Part shown: positions 56,275-64,000 of the stretch, in pieces
Position numbering within the stretch: position 1 is the first letter of the stretch
Layout: each line of letters starts with the position of its first letter
Origin: Tubiluchus corallicola
Lineage: Eukaryota; Animalia; Priapulida
Direction of reading: 5' to 3'
Assembly: GCA_030141605.1 (NCBI GenBank)
Contig: JAQGDQ010000153.1
Coordinates: 423,329-487,328, forward strand
Length of the DNA: 64,000 nt
Notes under the pieces: generated by a model
Told to the model about the DNA's origin: nothing
Databases searched by the model: none
Seen by the model: only the letters and a program-made list of their open reading frames with translations
Program-made: the position numbers and the translations under genes

Positions 56275-57675
56275 ACCGTACTGTATACTTTGCTACAGTT
56301 AACGTATTTGAAAGAACGTGCTTAAATTTTATAATTATCTGTATGATATTTAACGTACGTGAAAGGGCAAAAAAAAATTCACAATTGTGCGCTTCATGAG
56401 TTAAAGTGCGATATTTAGATTAGGTGATTATTATGTACAAATTTTCGTCAAAGGTCTTTTCTGGATCTGTAAGGGATTCAGAATTGGGACTCAGAAATGT
56501 GATCATAGCTGCACTAATGATCATATCTGCACTCTTTCTTTCGTTTGTTTATGCAAATACAAATAATTAAAAATAATTTTAATTCTTGGAATCGAACCCA
56601 CCCCCCCGCAGCAAAGAAGCAAGTACTCTCCAAATGCAATTACGTTGCCCAAATACGGCTGTATAATCTCTAATTGGGAAATTTAGTTTTAGGAATGTGC
56701 CTTTCCAGCGTCATTTACGAATGACAGAACCATAATCACATTCAACATTAACTAAAATCAAAGCATTCTTAAAAACATGCCTAATTAAAATGTACCAAAT
56801 TGCAAAGCTGATAGCGGGAGTACTGTTAAATTTATTAAAGTGAGAGACCTAATTTTCACGAACTGCACTGACAAATTAATCAAGTTTTTAAAAGCTATAG
56901 AGAGGACTAGCAAGAGAGTAAAGATGAAACGTTCAAAGCCGAGCTGAAAATTCATAAAGTTGCATTGCAAAGGCTTTTCCTACCTACATCATCCAATCTG
57001 TGAGTTACCAACACTGGATAGAATCACTATTCTGCATTATAATTGTATAATGTCAAATATTACGGGGCTTTCGTTTTTTAACAAGCTCAAAATTAAAATT
57101 TAATAAAATTTATTTCTCTTAGATTAGTGAATTACTACGTAACATTTAACTGTTATCTGTATAAATGTAGATATATTAAGTGTATTTTAGGCCTACATGT
57201 TCATTTATTAATAACGTGTCTTGGATCAAAATCAAAAATGGTAGTCGTTGTAAGGCAATTACCTCTGAAAGTAAATGTGCCTTGCATGACGAAATTAACA
57301 TCGTTTTATTACTGTAGATGGAGTATTCCACAGGGCGCAATTGTGAGAAGTTTGAATGATTACCAGGTTGTAAAACAAAAATAATTGTGAATTTATGATA
57401 GTGGTGCGTTCGGTGTTTTTGTTTGTCGTGTGCAAACGTCAAAGAAACTTTAAATAGCAATCTGAATAAATGAATTTAATAAAAGTGTTACGAAAAGCAA
57501 AGAATTGGTGATAACATCAACAGTTGACCAAGCTTGTAATTACCTATCCACAATATGTATGGAAAAGTGGCAGGTGCAAATAACTAATTTTATGGTCTTG
57601 AGAAACAAGGTGGGTCTACTTTTAACAGAAATGCACAGATAGTAAATCGTCTCCAATTTGTAAGGTGCTTTAGAA

Positions 57676-58776
57676 GTGATACATTTTACAGCTCTCAATA
57701 CTGAAAAAGAAAAATTTCATGTCTGACAAGACTGACATTGCACATTTCGTAAGAGGAACGTTTGTTTGCTAAGCTATTATTATTATTATTGTTGTTGTTG
57801 TTGTTGTTATTATTATTGTTGTTGTTGTTGTTGTTGTTATTATTATTAAAACTATATAAAATCTAAAAAGCTTGTGCACTTACTTATTTTTCTCGTCAAT
57901 CTGTCAATTTTAGCATGATTTTGTGTTGACTAATGATTATACAGATACCGTTCACTCATCGTTTTTTGTTCCTACTGCCTTTAGTAAATACGCCACATTG
58001 GTTATAATAAACAATTCACAGTTTTTTAATCATCCTAGGAGACTACGTGTTGTAAAAGTATTATTGTTAGCAGTGCCATTTGAGGTAAAAGTGGAATCAA
58101 TCATTTGTGTCGGATCAATATCAGTAGTGGCGTTATCACCATCATTATCACACAGTCAACATAATTGTCATCGTCGCTATTATTGCCATCATCATTACCA
58201 ACAATAACGGCAATTGTGAGAAAAGTTAAGAGCAAAATTAAAATAACAGCAGCAATAATATCAACAATAGTGCAATCATACCCTGGTGGGACTCTCGAAA
58301 GGAGATATATAGCTCTTTAGAAAGACGATGGTGTGGGCTGTATTTTAGGACGTCTCCACCCTGAGGAACTGTGACGAGTTGATTGGAAGTTCCATTTCGG
58401 ACGATTTTCGCTTTGAAAACTGCTGACGTAAAGCCATTGTTCTGACGTCAACCATTATACTCTGCCTATCTACTTATAACTTTAATTCAGTAAAAAGTGC
58501 TTATGGCTTTGCATTATAAATGAGGACTATGTAGGATGTTCACGTATTTTTGATTATAAGTGTATTTATACGTAAAATTTTTGCGAAGCTTTTGCTAGCA
58601 TTGCATTAAAACTAGATGTCTTAGGTCAGGATTATTGTCTTAGGTCAGTCAATTTGGTGGTTGCTGTATTTCTAGCCATGATAGTCGGATTTGTTTTTTT
58701 TTCACTTTTCCAGCATGCTCTGGAGATGTTGTGATGGATTCTCTGGCATTTGGTTCATCTTTTGTTTTTCAGTGAT
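57676..58776 (+). repeat. Segment X, directly duplicated at 61795-62957
   Basis: Long near-identical match including the (TTA/TTG)n tract. Confidence 0.93.
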
Positions 58777-59321
58777 GAAGGTGGTTGATAAAATGTAATC
58801 GCAAGAGGCGCTCTAAGACTAAGACTATCCTTCAAGACATTTGTATCAACTCGCGTGATCTTAATATTTGTTTAATTTTTCCATTAGCGCGCCGGTTTTA
58901 TTGCGGAGTTTGAAAACTAAATACATGTTGATGTGTCATATTAAAGAGAAAAAACGAAAAAAATTAACTTTTTCACACGCATCATTTAACGTTTAATCGT
59001 TTTAAAAATTAAGGTTTATTCGTTATAGTCTTGTTAAAAATTACAATCATGCACTTTTTAAACGCAATTTTGCTGCTATGACACTCACTCGCCTTATCCT
59101 ATTATGAATTCATTCTCAACTACTAAAATCCTATTTATTGGCTAAAATCTCTGAATTCACCATCATAAAGGCGCTTTTATTAACATTTAAATTTAATAGA
59201 ATTTCCAGGAAAACTGCTTGGTCTTGTTGCAATTTCCAAAACGAGACTGTATAAACAATGAGACGTCACACAAACACATACATAATTAAGCTGTGTGCTT
59301 AAAAAATGCGCTCTAACTTGT

Positions 59322-60402
59322 CTTACACAATCTACCCTTTCCATTACGTGTATTTTGTAGATATATATACACTAGGCTTATTTTAAGTTTATGGTTTCTA
59401 TTAGTGCCAAAATATACTATATATACACTGTTAGGCGTGTATCACTATGGTTTAAATGCCAGAGGTTTGGCTGTACCATTACATACTGATGAGAATTCCG
59501 ATAGTGTTTGCCCAATCTGTTGGTCACCTCAGAAGAAACATAAATCTGATGACAGTTGTAACTACATCAGGTAAATGAACGTAACTAAACAGTAAATGGG
59601 TTTTAGAAATTATTATTGGCTACAATTTAATAATGCTATTTAATTATATGCAGCATTACGTTCCCTCCGTGTGATCTTTGACCTGAGTAATAACTATGTC
59701 AGTTCATTGAATTTTTTTGGATTTTGTAGTATCATGAAAGCATACGTGTATTTATATTTAGACAGACATGTCTTCCTAGTGGAATAATTAACTGTAAATT
59801 TTATACAAGCACACGCACGCACGCACCCACCCACACACAACACACATATATATCGATTTGTCGGTTTCTTTTGTAACCTTCTAAGAAAAGCTGTCGTTTT
59901 TAAAAAGAGATACAGTCCTGAAATCAGTTTATATGGCTTGTAATTGGATTGCAGAACTGCCTTGCACTCGTCTATATGACGAGAGAAAATGAATAACCTT
60001 ACGTCCTAAAAGTGTGCGTTTACTTAATCATATTTACTTAAGAAAGATGTACTTTATGTTAAAAAAGTCTGCTTGATATTAAGGTAAGATTTGCATTTTA
60101 CAAATGTGTATCATGCTTAGGAATGAAAACTTCGTAAAGTGTAGAATGACATTCATGAGGTTGTTGTAAACTTACTAATGCACTCAGCAGTGTACTGCTA
60201 GCTAGGTCTTTATATATGGAGAACTCAAAAAACCTGGAAGCTTATTTATATTGTTATTTTATCAAGTCTAAAAGCCTTTCAAAAGATTCAGAAAGCAGTA
60301 GTGCATTAAAAGTTAGCAGGTTAATTTATATGATGTGGCACACAGTATACACGGATCCTTGTGAATGCACTGTTGCAATTTGTTATCACTGAACCAAACA
60401 AA
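59322..60402 (+). repeat. Segment Y, duplicated in inverted orientation at 62940-64000
   Basis: The reverse complement matches the last ~1.06 kb of the window. Confidence 0.93.
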
Positions 60403-61029
60403 CAAAAAAAATAATCGGCTAAGATGCAATAGGTCTGTTTCTAACATGTACAGCAAGCTGGAGTCCAGCATTCAGCAAGGTGGCTTATTCAGTGGTTTTG
60501 TTTGTGGCAAAACCGGAACTTAGCTCGTTTGTAGGTTTACTGAATGTAAGACATGACTATCAAGTTATGAACCGACAGACGTGTGTTAGCCACAGTCTGA
60601 TGTGATGTACATTCTCCCTTAATCAAGTGAACAGCCAGAGTCAGCATGCAGAACTAAAGACCCCAGAATGAGTATCGAACTCAGAGACTACCCACCCAAT
60701 GACTAGTCTTTATGCCAATTTTTAACTTCGGTTGCCAAGCACAATCTGAGACTACTCTACTGATTTCCCTCACTATCATAACTAAAAAGAGAAGACATTA
60801 CCTCAGTTAGTTTATTGCCAGATGAAGCTGCCGTTCTTAAATGTAACGATGACGTGCTTGTCGAAGACCTAGCACTATACTCATATCCGGCCAAGCAATG
60901 CTGGAATTATAATTTCACAATAAAAGAAAGTTTTCAAATTCTTAATAAGAATTTAATGACTACAGCATCACATTATCGAAAGTTTTACTTAACTAATGCC
61001 AACACATGTTTTACATACATCAATCTGAC

Positions 61030-61540
61030 TCGTGAAGCTCTCATCTCCCTAAAAAGGTTTAAAATTCGACGCACTAACCACATTTTCTGGCAAACTGTTC
61101 CACTTGGTCACAACACGGTATGGGAAAAAGTACTTTTGTAATTAGTTCTTGCGTAAGGTTTAAACTTTAAACAGTTTCTTAAAATGACCGCGAGTGGACA
61201 CTGGACAGTAGAGATGCAGCCTTAAATAGTGTATCACAGCTAAGGCGGTTGTCTCCATTTACCTACTTAAATACCTCATACAGGTCAGCTGTTTCTCTGT
61301 TGGAGTGAACATATTTCAGGATGCAAATCAGCTGCATGACGTAACTGCAGGCACACATCTTGAACTTTCTGCAATCTCTTGATGTCGGATTCTAGTAATA
61401 GTGACCATATTACTGTATTCTAATAATGGTCACACATAAACTTTGTAGAGAGTTAACACCTGCTTAGGATCACAGTTTACAAAAAACATATTTCAATCAA
61501 TCCAGTCACCAACTCGCCTTCTTGCATACGTGGGTGATAT
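61030..61540 (-). mobile_element. CR1 LINE RT C-terminal remnant
   Basis: FVNCDPKQVLTLYKVYV*PLLEYS...TRGHFKKLFK...KYFFPYRVVTKWNSLPENVVSAS; a diverged opposite-strand fragment lies at ~61688-61801. Confidence 0.75.
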
Positions 61541-61794
61541 ATATTTGTGCGGCAAAATTTAGGTAAGTTTTAATTAACTCAATTAACTTTTTATGCTAAA
61601 ATTTACTGACAAACTCACCTGTGACAGAGCTAACGAATCCGTAGAATCATCTGAATCCATTCTTGTTCTGGGTGTTACTCGATAAGGCGACATCAAGAGA
61701 TTGCAGAAAAGTTCGATCTGTTTATACAGCTGTTACATCACTCCAACAAGCTATTGACCTTTAAAGTAGGTAAATGGAGACAACCGCCTTAACT

Positions 61795-62957
61795 GTGATA
61801 CGTTTTACAGCTCTCAATACTGAAAAAGAAAAATTTCATGTCTGACAAGACTGACATTGCACATTTCGTAAGAGGAACGTTTTTTTGCTAAGCTATTATT
61901 ATTATTATTGTTGTTGTTGTTGTTGTTGTTGTTATTGTTGTTGTTGTTGTTGTTGTTATTATTTTTAAAACTATATAAAATCTAAAAAGTTTGTGCACTT
62001 ACTTATTTTTCTCGTCAATCTGTCAATTTTAGCATGATTTTGTGTTGTAATGTTATACAGATACCGTTCACTCATCGTTTTTTGTTCCTACTGCCTTTAG
62101 TAAATACGCCACATTGGTTATATTAAACAATTCACAGTTTTTTAATCATTATAGGAGACTACGTGTTGTAAAAGTATTATTGTTAGCAGTGCCATTTGAG
62201 GTAAAAGTGGAATCAATCATTTGTGTATGATCAATATCAGTAGTGGCGTTATCACCATCATTATCACACAGTCAACATAATTGTCATCGTCGCTATTATT
62301 GCCATCATCATTACCAACAATAACGGCAATTGTGAGAAAAGTTAAGAGCAAAATTAAAATAACAGCAGCAATAATATCAACAATAGTGCAATCATACCCT
62401 GGTGGGACTCTCGGAAAGAGATATGCGGCTCTTTAGAAAGAGGAAGAACAGGGCTACACGATGATGTGGGCTATATTTTAGGACACGTCCACCGAGAGGA
62501 GTAGCGAGGAGTTAATTAGATGTTCTATTTTTGGAAATTTTCGCTTGGAAAACTGCTGACGTAAAGCCATTGTTGTGACGTCATCCATTATACTCTGCCT
62601 ATCTACTTATAACTTTAATTCAGTAAAAAGTGCTTATGGCTTTGCATTATAAATGAGGACTATGTAGGATGTTCACGTATTTTTGATTATAAGTGTATTT
62701 ATACGTAAAATTTTTGCGAAGCTTTTGCTAGCATTGCATTAAAACTAGATGTCTTAGGTCAGGATTATTTTTTAGGTTTGATGAAAAGCAAATACTTTGA
62801 AATCAAAATTAACAATGTTAAAAGTACCAAAATTTGGTGGTTGCTGTATTTCTAGCCATGATAGTCGGATTTGTTTTTTTTCACTTTTCCAGCATGCTCT
62901 GGAGATGTTGTGATGGATTCTCTGGCATTTGGTTCATCTTTTGTTTGGTTCAGTGAT
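61795..62957 (+). repeat. Direct copy of segment X
   Basis: Matches 57676-58776, with extra sequence at ~62442-62458 and ~62770-62828. Confidence 0.93.
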
Positions 62958-64000
62958 AACAAATTGCAACAGTGCATTCACAAGGATCCGTGTATACTGT
63001 GTGCCACATCATATAAATTAACCTGCTAACTTTTAATGCACTACTGCTTTCTGAATCTTTTGAAAGGCTTTTAGACTTGATAAATAACAATATAAATAAG
63101 CTTCAGGTTTTTGAGTTCTCCATATATAAAGACCTATTCTTAGTACACTGCTGAGTGCATTAGTAAGTTTACAACAACCTCATGAATGTCATTCTACACT
63201 TTACGAAGTTTTCATTCCTAAGCATGATACACATTTGTAAAATGCAAATCTTTGTAATATCAAGCAGACTTTTTTAACATAAAGTACATCTTCTTAAGTA
63301 AATATGATTAGAGTAAACGCACACTTTTAGGACGTAAGGTTATTCATCACCTCTCGTCATATAGAGTGCAAGGCAGCTCTGCAATCCAATTACGAGCCAT
63401 ATAAGCTGATTTCAGGACTGTATCTCTTTTTAAAAACGATAGCTTTTCTTAGAAGGTTACAAAAGAAACCGACAAATATATATATATATATATATATATA
63501 TGCTTGTATAAAATTTACAGTTAATTATTCCACTACGAAGACATGTCTGTCTAAATATAAATACACGTATGTATCATACTTTCATGATACTGCAAAATCA
63601 AAAAAAAAATTACAATGAACTGACATAGTTATCGCTCAGGTCAAAGATCACACGGAGGGAACGTAATGCTGCATATAATTAAATAGCATTATTAAACTGT
63701 AGCCGATAATAATTTCTAAAACTCATTTACTGTTTAGTTACGTTCATTTACCTGATGTAGTTACAACTGTCATCAGATTTATGTTTCTTCTGAGGTGACC
63801 AACAGATTGGGCAAACACTATCGGAATTCTCATCAGTATGTAATGGTACAGCCAAACCTCTGGCATTTAAACCATAGTGATACACGCCTAACAGTGTATA
63901 TATAGTATATTTTGGCACTAATAGAAACCATAAACTTAAAATAAGCCTAGTGTATATATATCTACAAAATACACGTCATGGAAAGGGTAGATTGTGTAAG
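62940..64000 (-). repeat. Inverted copy of segment Y, running off the window end
   Basis: Reverse complement of 59322-60402. Confidence 0.93.

Noticed and set aside
56585-56640. tRNA gene (minus-strand GGGTTCGATTCC B-box; similar GAGTTCGATAC at ~60672-60682)
   Set aside because: No cloverleaf could be built; at most decayed tRNA-derived SINE heads.

Overview
AT-rich eukaryotic (animal, most likely invertebrate) genomic DNA with spliceosomal introns; nothing prokaryotic and no CRISPR. Two host genes are well supported on the + strand. The first is WDR61/SKI8: eight GT-AG exons at 14606-19564 giving 301 codons plus stop, with a probable 4-codon first exon at 10017-10028. The second is a two-exon, 250-aa BK-channel beta-subunit (KCNMB/CaKB)-like gene, 26301-26720 joined to 53116-53448 across a 26.4-kb intron. 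That intron holds two inverted, similarly disabled alpha-1,3-fucosyltransferase (GT10) pseudogene copies tied to compound CAC/CAA/CAG/TAC microsatellites, a TAC tract flanked by a ~130-bp direct duplication, a pogo-type transposon and two minisatellites. The rest is mostly transposon debris: an Academ-type element, CR1/L2 and RTE LINE fragments and hAT MITEs. The last ~6.3 kb is a direct-plus-inverted duplication with microhomology junctions. All calls were read by eye and no database search was run; repeat boundaries are approximate unless TIRs/TSDs are quoted.
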